The notes beneath the pieces are model-generated. The model saw nothing but the letters and a program-made list of their open reading frames with translations. It searched no databases and had not been told where the DNA came from. DNA of 64,000 nucleotides from IMG/VR virus record IMGVR_UViG_3300032093_000026. The stretch is one strand, 5' to 3'. Of the stretch, positions 50,060 to 58,003 are shown one piece after another (position 1 is the first letter of the stretch; each line of letters begins with the position of its first letter). This DNA is from an uncultured virus (IMG/VR IMGVR_UViG_3300032093_000026) (Duplodnaviria; Heunggongvirae; Uroviricota; Caudoviricetes). A program made the position numbers and the translations under genes.

Positions 50060-50289
50060 ATATGTTTGGTTTTACGTTTTGACTCGTGATAATTACTGTA
50101 GTTAATATGCTTGCTTTTGTTAGAAGATCTCTCTAATTCCATAGCAGCCATTCTATAAGCTAGCCCGTCTCTTACATCTATTACAGGAACCCCCACCTCT
50201 TGATCAAACCTATCTTTAACTACTCTGTAATGAGACAAAAGATCTTCTCCTGCGTCATCTTTTAAATACCTTAATTCCATTTGATTCAT
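50056..50289 (-). CDS. Hypothetical protein, first gene of the late arm
   Basis: ATG abuts the late-promoter motif. Confidence 0.5.
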   Translation of the reverse strand: MNQMELRYLKDDAGEDLLSHYRVVKDRFDQEVGVPVIDVRDGLAYRMAAMELERSSNKSKHINYSNYHESKRKTKHI

Positions 50290-50493
50290 AATATAATATA
50301 CTTTAAATGTTTAAACTTTCCAAATTTATTTAGAATACCTCAATTAAATTTTTTGATTTTTACACATGTTGTGTATAACCCCCCACTACTATATTAGAGT
50401 GTGTTGTGGGGTATTGATGGTTTGACCCCTACTTCGTTTGGGGGATATGGTGTACCCCGATGTTACACCACTTAATTCTTAAATCGTAATGTT

Positions 50494-50790
50494 ATGACAG
50501 CGAAAGTTTTTGGTGCAAAGATTGTTTCCATCCTTGAAGAAGTAAAGACTAAATCCAATGGTAAGCAGTACTTGACAGCAACAGTTGAGTTTACTGATGG
50601 CCCACTCGTGGGCAAGACTTACTTTGCTCAACGCACTTTGGGAGAGAACAAGTCTGCTATTGCAGTCGGTCAAAATGTGCGTGCTATTCTTGAAATCGTT
50701 GAGAGAGACGGTGTGAAAAGACCGTTCTTCGAGATTTCTACTAGCATCGTGGATGATGCAGACAGCTTGATGGCGTTGCTTGGTCAGTAA
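50494..50790 (+). CDS. OB-fold-like small protein
   Basis: 98 aa; KTKSNGKQYL beta-rich pattern, acidic tail and its own terminator. Confidence 0.5.
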   Translation: MTAKVFGAKIVSILEEVKTKSNGKQYLTATVEFTDGPLVGKTYFAQRTLGENKSAIAVGQNVRAILEIVERDGVKRPFFEISTSIVDDADSLMALLGQ

Positions 50791-50809
50791 TGTGACCATA
50801 GCATCGTAA

Positions 50810-50845
50810 CAACACACACGCATACTGCGTGTGTGTTTTTTTTAT
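50810..50845 (+). terminator. Intrinsic terminator
   Basis: AACACACACGCA-TAC-TGCGTGTGTGTT followed by a T-tract. Confidence 0.8.
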
Positions 50846-51159
50846 TTGTGCGTACAGTTTCTCAGATCATATTTTTTTTAATTGTTTATACTGTTTCTCT
50901 GTTCATATATTAATCCTTAGTGAATTATGTTAGCAACTATTCTTGCTGACGGAACTGTTACTATTGTTAAGACTGTTAAAGACTTAATAGTATTGGCAGA
51001 AGAGACACGCAATGCGTGATCTCTAACGCAGTTATGCTTCATCTGCGTTGCGTCATACGACCAAAAAGCAATTTGATATTATTTGTGTGTGTTTGTTTTA
51101 TTGACAGACACACACTTTACTTTTTTTAACCTGCGTATAATGCTCACATTTATTTATTT

Positions 51160-51453
51160 GTGTGGGCATTAGATCGCTATAAATCTTATGTTATGGTTCT
51201 AATTAAACCTGGTACTAAGTGTTTAGAATCTGCTAGTGAATACAAGTATTACTTAGCAGTTAGTTGTGATCAACTGTGGGTTATGGGTAGAGAGAATGGA
51301 GAGTATGTGTTGCTTGAACAGATTGTAATAGGTGTTAGTTATGACGCTTATTTAGTTGCTTGCACTGATGAGGATGCGTTTCTTGATTCTATTACTATTA
51401 TCAAGGACTATATTCTTAGTGGTCGTAATGCACTGAACTTGTTAGACATTTAA
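51160..51453 (+). CDS. Hypothetical protein
   Basis: ORF track; start uncertain. Confidence 0.45.
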   Translation: MWALDRYKSYVMVLIKPGTKCLESASEYKYYLAVSCDQLWVMGRENGEYVLLEQIVIGVSYDAYLVACTDEDAFLDSITIIKDYILSGRNALNLLDI

Positions 51454-51613
51454 ATAATACAAACCCAAGTGGTACAGGGGGTAACTCTCTGCAGAGAGAA
51501 ATAGTAGTGCTCGCGACACTATGGCCACACTTGACTAATAAGTAAAAATTCGTAGAAAGGCGTGTGATTAGTCCACACGCTTTTTAATTTTGTAACCAAT
51601 TAAACTTGTATAT

Positions 51614-51811
51614 ATGAAACAGAACTTCTTGTTAATTTATGCTATTGTATTGTTTGTTATATCATCTGCAGTGCTGTATTTAGGTGCTGATTCAGGGTTA
51701 TTAGTTGATACTATTAACCTATGTATTATAGGTGGTATGACTCTTTTAGGTTATGTTGGTTCATTTTTAGCCTATTTAGGTTATCGTGAACAATTAAAAG
51801 AATCTCAATAA
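51614..51811 (+). CDS. Small two-TM membrane protein
   Basis: Two hydrophobic helices. Confidence 0.6.
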   Translation: MKQNFLLIYAIVLFVISSAVLYLGADSGLLVDTINLCIIGGMTLLGYVGSFLAYLGYREQLKESQ

Positions 51812-51974
51812 GAGAGTAACTCTTTGCACAGTTGTAGTTGGTTATATCCTTCTAGAGGGGTATAATCTGTAAACCTACTGTCACTTAGATGACAGCTTGT
51901 AAAACATCGCCAAAGGTGTGGGGCTACAACTTGTGCTTTGAGATTAATTAGTAACCAATTAAATCATATATATT

Positions 51975-52166
51975 ATGAAAATGTCTATTAAAGAGTTAAA
52001 TGAAATACTCTATTGTGTTGGTAAAGTTAATATGATTGAACCTAACAGCCCGTTCAAAGATGTTAGAGATGGTGTTGTTAATAAGATTACCGACAAGCTT
52101 AATGCTTATGTAATGGATGAAATGCGTAAACAGGGTTTACTTCCTGTGTCTGAAGAATGTTTTTAG
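51975..52166 (+). CDS. Hypothetical protein
   Basis: 63 aa, followed by the hairpin GAACTAGGTGTA-GCAA-TACATCTAGTTC. Confidence 0.55.
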   Translation: MKMSIKELNEILYCVGKVNMIEPNSPFKDVRDGVVNKITDKLNAYVMDEMRKQGLLPVSEECF

Positions 52167-52289
52167 TTTATTAAAATATTGAACTAGGTGTAGCAATACA
52201 TCTAGTTCTTTATTCCTATGTTGTAAGGAATTAAAACCAAGATGCTGAACTTGGGAATAAGTGTTTACACTTATTTATATACAAAACAC

Positions 52290-52820
52290 AGCTGTTATTA
52301 GTAGTGCTTCATTGCGCGAGGAGTAACACAATGATGTGGGAACCACAAAGCCTTTAGCGAGGTCTAAAAGTTCCAGTGTTATAGATAAAGAGATGAGCCG
52401 CTAAGCTCATTGTAGTTGTCTATAAAGATAGGTCTTTAGGGAATAACCTATCAAAGCGAAAAATCCTACAATTAATAAAAATAATTGTCTGCAAAAGAGG
52501 GCGCAATCCCTTAATCCCATTCATACAGGTTAGTAGTGCCAAACATCTTGGGGTAAAACTCAAAGTGTCTCGCAAGAGGATATGTTGAAGCTGTTGCAGC
52601 AGTGGATATATATCATCCTGAAGTTTAGAGACTTGCTATCTCGTAGACAGATGGATAGAATAATCGTATGAAGACCCAAAAGGTCAAACAGTGTTAGTTC
52701 TGATGATGACTAACAGGCATAAGCATTGAACAGTTTAACAAGCTGGTTGACAGATTACATTACTAACTATAATGTAAGTCAATGCACAATAGCAATAGAT
52801 CTTGTCATTACGCTATTACT
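52290..52820 (+). ncRNA. Putative large structured ncRNA
   Basis: No ORF of 60 aa or more, higher GC than the flanks, many hairpins, and ends that can pair. Confidence 0.6.
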
Positions 52821-52898
52821 TTTTAATTCCAATAGGTGTATACACTTATTGTCTATTATATATATTTCCTTATTGCTTAACTATTAAAAATTTTTAAA

Positions 52899-53315
52899 AT
52901 GAAAAGATTTTATTTGGCTTTAACAATTGTAGTTGTAATATCTGCTGTAATAGCATTGATATTTATGACATTTAACTCTGACATTGACACAACTTGTGCT
53001 GTTAGAGATCGTTCTGATGTTTATTTAGATGACGAAGAATATCTGATCTATCCATCTGATAGTACAGATAAATGGAATATTGTTTTTCCATCTGATGATT
53101 TATATGTAGATCTTAAACCTGAACAAATTGCATTGTTCTTAAAATCAGGCGAAATACCAAAAGACACAACTTGGGTTATTTATCCTCAATGTGAATATCA
53201 ACTCACTATGGAAGATAATTATATTCTTATAGAAGATTTTGGTAGACCTATTGGTAAGATTCCATATAATAAAGCAGGCGATATTGGTAAACTATTATTA
53301 AAAGACAACGAATAA
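52899..53315 (+). CDS. Membrane-anchored hypothetical protein
   Basis: N-terminal TM helix. Confidence 0.6.
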   Translation: MKRFYLALTIVVVISAVIALIFMTFNSDIDTTCAVRDRSDVYLDDEEYLIYPSDSTDKWNIVFPSDDLYVDLKPEQIALFLKSGEIPKDTTWVIYPQCEYQLTMEDNYILIEDFGRPIGKIPYNKAGDIGKLLLKDNE

Positions 53316-53325
53316 AAACAATTTT

Positions 53326-53508
53326 ATGAGTAAAACAATTTTATTAGCTAGTTCAATTATACTAGCTATTTTAACGACAGTTATGATTTTCTTGTGCTTT
53401 TGTTTCTTAAACGCTAACAAAACTAGTTTAATTGTTATATGTACAATTAGTTTAGCAGGTTATTTAACAAGCGCACTTTATTTTCTTTCTTATAAAGAAC
53501 AAAAATAA
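53326..53508 (+). CDS. Small membrane protein
   Basis: Two TM segments. Confidence 0.5.
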   Translation: MSKTILLASSIILAILTTVMIFLCFCFLNANKTSLIVICTISLAGYLTSALYFLSYKEQK

Positions 53509-53514
53509 AAAGTT

Positions 53515-53682
53515 ATGAAATACCTTATTTTTCTTCCAATTTACTGGGTTTATATGTTATTGCTATTCATAATCGTAGGAATCATTTGCTTATGGGCATT
53601 TGATTTTAAGAAATTTGGACTTAGAACAAGAAATCTTAACCATGTTATTGGTTTTGGCTATTGGATAGGCGATAGATTATAA
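53515..53682 (+). CDS. Small membrane protein
   Basis: Not in the ORF track. MKYLIFLPIYWVYMLLLFIIVG..., 55 aa. Confidence 0.5.
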   Translation: MKYLIFLPIYWVYMLLLFIIVGIICLWAFDFKKFGLRTRNLNHVIGFGYWIGDRL

Positions 53683-53703
53683 AACTTAAAAATTTATTTG
53701 CAT

Positions 53704-53907
53704 ATGAAAATTAGTAAAAAACTAAAGGTGGCGCTGACATTAGCAGCGCTGCCTTTTTTGTTAGTCTGGGCTGGCTTTATTTTAACTGGTTTTGCTTTTA
53801 AACCACATGATATATTTCAATCAGGAGCATTTTGGGGTGGTTCAGTGATATATTGGACACTCTATATATGTATGATTGGTGTAATTATTGAAGAAATAAA
53901 ACAATAA
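53704..53907 (+). CDS. Small membrane protein
   Basis: Two TM segments; start MKISKK. Confidence 0.55.
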   Translation: MKISKKLKVALTLAALPFLLVWAGFILTGFAFKPHDIFQSGAFWGGSVIYWTLYICMIGVIIEEIKQ

Positions 53908-53912
53908 AGTAT

Positions 53913-54233
53913 ATGACTATACAAAACAAATTCTATCAAACCGTCTTAGATGATCTAGGACGGTTTGTAGGTTATAGGACAACCTTCAATGTTCCTAAAC
54001 AATTTGTATTAGATACCTATGATTATTATATGAACATAGGTCGTAATTACTTTGTGGAGATTAAAACTCCTAAAATGAAATCTGCTAGACATATGTATTG
54101 CAAAATGTATAAAGATTTCCACATTATGTTGGAAGATGTTAAATATCTGCAAATAGATGTTAACAGATGGAAAGAAAAGCAATTACAAGAAAAACGTAAA
54201 TTTTTAATTAATTCTTTAAGTGAAAAATTATGA
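53913..54233 (+). CDS. Hypothetical protein
   Basis: 106 aa. Confidence 0.55.
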   Translation: MTIQNKFYQTVLDDLGRFVGYRTTFNVPKQFVLDTYDYYMNIGRNYFVEIKTPKMKSARHMYCKMYKDFHIMLEDVKYLQIDVNRWKEKQLQEKRKFLINSLSEKL

Positions 54234-54355
54234 AAAAAATAGTATTATCTTTAATGGTTATTATCTTTTTAAGTTCTTGTATGAGATATAAAGTAGAGTC
54301 ATCATCGCCTAGTGGCTGTGGTGTTTGGTATCCTGCAGGAAAGTTTAACAAGTAA
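54230..54355 (+). CDS. Mini-lipoprotein
   Basis: MKKIVLSLMVIIFLSSC lipobox, 41 aa; not in the ORF track. Confidence 0.6.
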   Translation: MKKIVLSLMVIIFLSSCMRYKVESSSPSGCGVWYPAGKFNK

Positions 54356-54504
54356 GTACGAAGGTTGGGTGTCACCTGAGAGCTCGTAAGAGAGAAAACA
54401 CCAAATTCTTTTTAAACGGAGCTCATTTCTGCACCCTAAACATAGCATATATATGTATTAATACTATGTTTAGGGGGCATTTTTGAGCTATAAAATCATT
54501 TTTT

Positions 54505-54789
54505 ATGAGTAATGCAAATCAGTCTTTGGCACTAATGCTTGCCACAATCACACCGCGTGAAGTTCTTATTGAACAACTTGAAGAATCTATTTCTGAGTTT
54601 AAAGAAGCAAAACTTCTTAATAAATCAGAAGAAGAAATGGATGACTTGTTTAGATCTCTTGCTGTAAGAGCACATCTTATTACTATTAATGTAATGACCA
54701 AAGGTAGTTTGGAAGGTGTGCAACATATTATGCAAAGAATGGATGAACTTGAAAGACAAGACAATTTTTTCAAAAAAAGTACTAATTAG
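54505..54789 (+). CDS. Hypothetical protein
   Basis: 94 aa, helical. Confidence 0.55.
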   Translation: MSNANQSLALMLATITPREVLIEQLEESISEFKEAKLLNKSEEEMDDLFRSLAVRAHLITINVMTKGSLEGVQHIMQRMDELERQDNFFKKSTN

Positions 54790-54791
54790 TT

Positions 54792-54941
54792 ATGAAAAAG
54801 CTTTTATTGTTTCTTTTAGTTATTGTTTCTTTTTCTTCTTGCTTACGTGTAAGTTATCCCAGAAATAGTAGTAAGGGCTACGGCTGCAAAGGCAAAGAAA
54901 GCTGGAAACATATGGAAAAACGTATTAATAAACCTTATTAA
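54792..54941 (+). CDS. Mini-lipoprotein
   Basis: MKKLLLFLLVIVSFSSC lipobox, 49 aa; not in the ORF track. Confidence 0.6.
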   Translation: MKKLLLFLLVIVSFSSCLRVSYPRNSSKGYGCKGKESWKHMEKRINKPY

Positions 54942-54951
54942 TTTATTTATT

Positions 54952-55143
54952 ATGATTAATTTATCAAAAAATGATAATCCAAACTATTTTGATTTATCTA
55001 AAGATGATAATCAGTTAGAACCACCACCAGCTCAAGTTAATCTTGAGAATGGTAAGTCAATGTGGGTTATAGATGGTTATCGTATTTGGGCTAAGTCTTA
55101 TAAAGAAGCACTTGAATTGCTTCCACTTATTGAATCATTTTAA
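54952..55143 (+). CDS. Hypothetical protein
   Basis: 63 aa. Confidence 0.55.
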   Translation: MINLSKNDNPNYFDLSKDDNQLEPPPAQVNLENGKSMWVIDGYRIWAKSYKEALELLPLIESF

Positions 55144-55144
55144 A

Positions 55145-55345
55145 ATGTTTTCTTATATGAAAAATAAGATAAGAACAATTCTTTTTGGAGAAAGAATAAA
55201 GGGGGAGAAACTTCCCCCTTTAAAACCATTAAAAGAAAGACCAATGAATGAAAAAGATTTCTTTAAATGGTGTAATGAACTAAATGTTAGTTCACAGTAT
55301 GGTAGACAAAATGTTCATATAGATAATCTTAAAATCAATGGTTAA
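55145..55345 (+). CDS. Hypothetical protein
   Basis: Start shortened to the ATG after the upstream stop. Confidence 0.45.
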   Translation: MFSYMKNKIRTILFGERIKGEKLPPLKPLKERPMNEKDFFKWCNELNVSSQYGRQNVHIDNLKING

Positions 55346-55901
55346 AACTACTTATGAATCATCATTTCACAAAAAAGTAGTTCAAAACATTGTTTTTAAA
55401 GATTTTAAAATGCGTAAGTTTAAAAAACTTATTGGTTTAGCAGGTCCAAATATATCTAGTTATTTACTTTTTATAAAGAAAATGGGAATTAAACAAGCAC
55501 ATATATATGAAAATAATAATGAGCAAATTATTAATCAAGTGCTTGATTTTAAACCTATTATACCTACAACTGTAATATTTGAAGATATATTAAATGCGCC
55601 AGTTAAAGATGATACAATATATGATTTAGATTTTTGTTGTAGCATTTTAAACGCTAGAGAGCAAATTAAAAAGTTTAAAAACAATGCGATAATTACTTTA
55701 TCAATTAGACCTTTTGGTTTGAAAAAAACAATTAATGAATTTTGTAAGCTTATTAGTAAAAATAAAACGGTAATTAATTATAATACCAAGATAACTAATA
55801 GTTACAAAATGCATTTAATTATTCTTAGTAACAAAAAAATCTACGAGTGTTATCAGTATCGTGATAGCACATCAATGTTAACAATTAAACCTCAATTTTA
55901 A
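55338..55901 (+). CDS. Possible divergent SAM-methyltransferase-fold protein
   Basis: LIGLAGP, IYE, EDI and YDLDFC spaced as in a Rossmann MTase. Confidence 0.35.
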   Translation: MVKTTYESSFHKKVVQNIVFKDFKMRKFKKLIGLAGPNISSYLLFIKKMGIKQAHIYENNNEQIINQVLDFKPIIPTTVIFEDILNAPVKDDTIYDLDFCCSILNAREQIKKFKNNAIITLSIRPFGLKKTINEFCKLISKNKTVINYNTKITNSYKMHLIILSNKKIYECYQYRDSTSMLTIKPQF

Positions 55902-55910
55902 ATTAAAAAA

Positions 55911-56207
55911 ATGGCAACTAAATTAAAATTTTATACAAGTAGAGAAATTGCACACTTAAAAAGTATTGCAAACTACCCAACTAAGCAACAAAAGATTGCA
56001 GCATTAAAACAATTTTCAGAAAAATTTGAAAGATCTTATAATGCTGTTTATATTAAATATCTCACTTTAACAAAACGTATAAATAACAAAACTGACAAAA
56101 GGTTAGTTAATAGATTATCTGTTAAAAAGGGTCAATTTAAAATACCTATTGAAAGTTGGAATATTAATAATGAAGATGGTAAATTATATTTTACTGTTAA
56201 CTTCTAA
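55911..56207 (+). CDS. Myb/HTH-like DNA-binding protein
   Basis: YTSREIAHLK...FERSYNAVYIK. Confidence 0.4.
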   Translation: MATKLKFYTSREIAHLKSIANYPTKQQKIAALKQFSEKFERSYNAVYIKYLTLTKRINNKTDKRLVNRLSVKKGQFKIPIESWNINNEDGKLYFTVNF

Positions 56208-56472
56208 AGAAGCTGAGCTAGCTATTGCTAGATGGGTACATCCTTACCCTAAGCCATTGCAACTTAGGACTGATCAACCATGGGTGTGTGCTACGACAGG
56301 ATTCTAGCTAATCAGGGATGAACACCCTGTAATGGTGGATATTCAATCACTCCCAAGCCTGGGCTGCATTTATGCGTATACTACCATATGTAGAGATTTA
56401 ATCTGCTACAATTGACTAGTTACTGGGTATCACAAGAGGTGGGTTAAGCCTCTTATTTTTTAACTTTGTTGT

Positions 56473-56748
56473 ATGAGTAGAATTGAAAAAGGTTTTGGGA
56501 TGGTAACATATGATGTTATGCGAGATCCTGAAATAAGCTTAAGAGAAAAAGCAATATATTCTTATTTATGTACATATGCTAATAGTAAAACTAATGAGCT
56601 ATATGTAGGAATAAATAGAATTGCTGCAGAATGTGGAGTGGATCATTCTACAATTAAGAGAATCATCAAATCTCTAAAAGATAAAGGAATTATATCAAGA
56701 ACATTAAGAGGTAATCTTAACAGTTCTATAACAGTTATATTAAAATAA
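56473..56748 (+). CDS. Winged-HTH protein (replication-initiator-like HTH_36)
   Basis: EKAIYSYL...IAAECGVDHSTIKRIIKSLKDKGII. Confidence 0.75.
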   Translation: MSRIEKGFGMVTYDVMRDPEISLREKAIYSYLCTYANSKTNELYVGINRIAAECGVDHSTIKRIIKSLKDKGIISRTLRGNLNSSITVILK

Positions 56749-57002
56749 TTGTTAGAAGGCCCCAATATAATATCCAGATAATGTTTTGTAACGATTATTT
56801 GAGCTATTATAAGTGGATCAGGCCTTCTTAGTTATTGTCTGATGTTGAGAGCCTATAGTGTATTGACGTGACGCCACGGATGTACTATGACCAGTTAGTA
56901 GTGTCCTTGACATGATCATAATAGGCCTGGGAAAACACGAAGACTCAGTAGTAATGTGATCCTCCGCAGATAACAAAGAACTATAGTCCTCAGCATAGAC
57001 AT

Positions 57003-57033
57003 TTTGTTTTTTATTAAAAGTTGCCTATATTTG
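57003..57033 (+). promoter_or_regulatory. Bacteroidota sigma70-type promoter
   Basis: TTTG-N19-TATATTTG upstream of the AP2-like gene and the RNA cluster. Confidence 0.6.
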
Positions 57034-57052
57034 ATACATAAAACCAATTTTT

Positions 57053-57202
57053 ATGTACAAGTATGTAACTCAAAACATTTGTAAGGAAGGTAGTTCCTAC
57101 AGAGTTCGTTATCAAAGAAATGGTAAACGCTATTCTAAATTTTTCTCTAAGCGTAAAGAAGCAATTGCTTATAGAAATAAAATGTTAGGAATGAGTTCTT
57201 AA
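57053..57202 (+). CDS. Stand-alone AP2-like DNA-binding miniprotein
   Basis: Not in the ORF track. MYKYVTQNICKEGSSYRVRYQRNGKRYSKFFSKRKEAIAYRNKM, 49 aa. Confidence 0.6.
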   Translation: MYKYVTQNICKEGSSYRVRYQRNGKRYSKFFSKRKEAIAYRNKMLGMSS

Positions 57203-57302
57203 ATTATTATTAGTACTAATATTTAATCACAATTCAAAACAATTAAAAAAAGTTTTGGTTAGTAAGTTATGATTAATGAAGGGGTTAGTACTAATTTTGG
57301 TT

Positions 57303-57393
57303 AGTCAAGTGGCGGAATGTAGACGCTGAACAGAAGTGCATCATCTCAGTTATGAGTAAGGCGCAACATGCAGGTTCAAATCCTGTCTTGACA
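57303..57393 (+). ncRNA. tRNA-like RNA without a canonical anticodon arm
   Basis: GTCAAG/CTTGAC acceptor, GCG-GAATGTAGA-CGC D-arm, GCAGG-TTCAAAT-CCTGT T-arm. Confidence 0.6.
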
Positions 57394-57509
57394 CAAAACA
57401 TTTGGATCATCGCCATCGTAAAGCATCACTGGAAGAGCTCCTATGGAGAAGTGAGATAGTCGAGTAAAACAGGAAACTGAAATTGATCCAATACGTTTTT
57501 TGAAATTAT

Positions 57510-57931
57510 GGGCCTGCCTGGTATTGACAGCAAAGAACAGGTAGTATCACATGCAAGGCCTGGCAGAGGTCAAACAATCTGTCAAACAATAAAAGACAAC
57601 TCTAACGTTGAGCTTTCTAATTACACTGTTGAGTCTCTGTTTGCAGAGCTTGAGTGTTCTGAGCTTGAATTAGCTTAATTAGACGGGTAGCTATACCTTG
57701 GAACAGAAAATAGTATATAGTCCCAAATTTCCTGGATTATTAGGACTTTAATAATATTAGAATCTAGGTGGTGGAGCTGTTCTAACCGCTGGTTAGTTCC
57801 TCATACGGTGCAAAAGTAAAGCTCATCCTTTACTTTAGTACAATAGTTGTCAAGCTATCTCTTGACTAAGCATGTAAGAATGGTATTACAGGTGATTTGT
57901 TTGGACAGGGGTTCGACTCCCCTCAGGTCCA
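57510..57931 (+). ncRNA. ssrA: tmRNA
   Basis: GGGCCTG/CAGGTCC-A acceptor with G3:U70, 5' GGTATTGAC, CATGC/GCATG helix, 3' GGAC-AGGGG-TTCGACT-CCCCT, and a tag ORF at 57595-57678. Confidence 0.92.
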
Positions 57932-58003
57932 CTTAATTTTCATATAGCAAGCAAGGTATGTCCTGATGTTTCTACATTGGGGCTTTTATTTTAATTTTAT
58001 TTT

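Noticed and set aside
50479..50823. Minus-strand 114 aa ORF
   Set aside because: It is antisense to 50494-50790, which has a plausible leader and its own terminator.
52290..52820. RNase P RNA or group I intron
   Set aside because: No GAGGAAAGTCC-type conserved region was seen, and the element does not interrupt a gene.
54367..54402. Hammerhead-like CTGAGA...GAAA core
   Set aside because: N7 is missing, stem II closes with a G-A mismatch, and there is no stem I.
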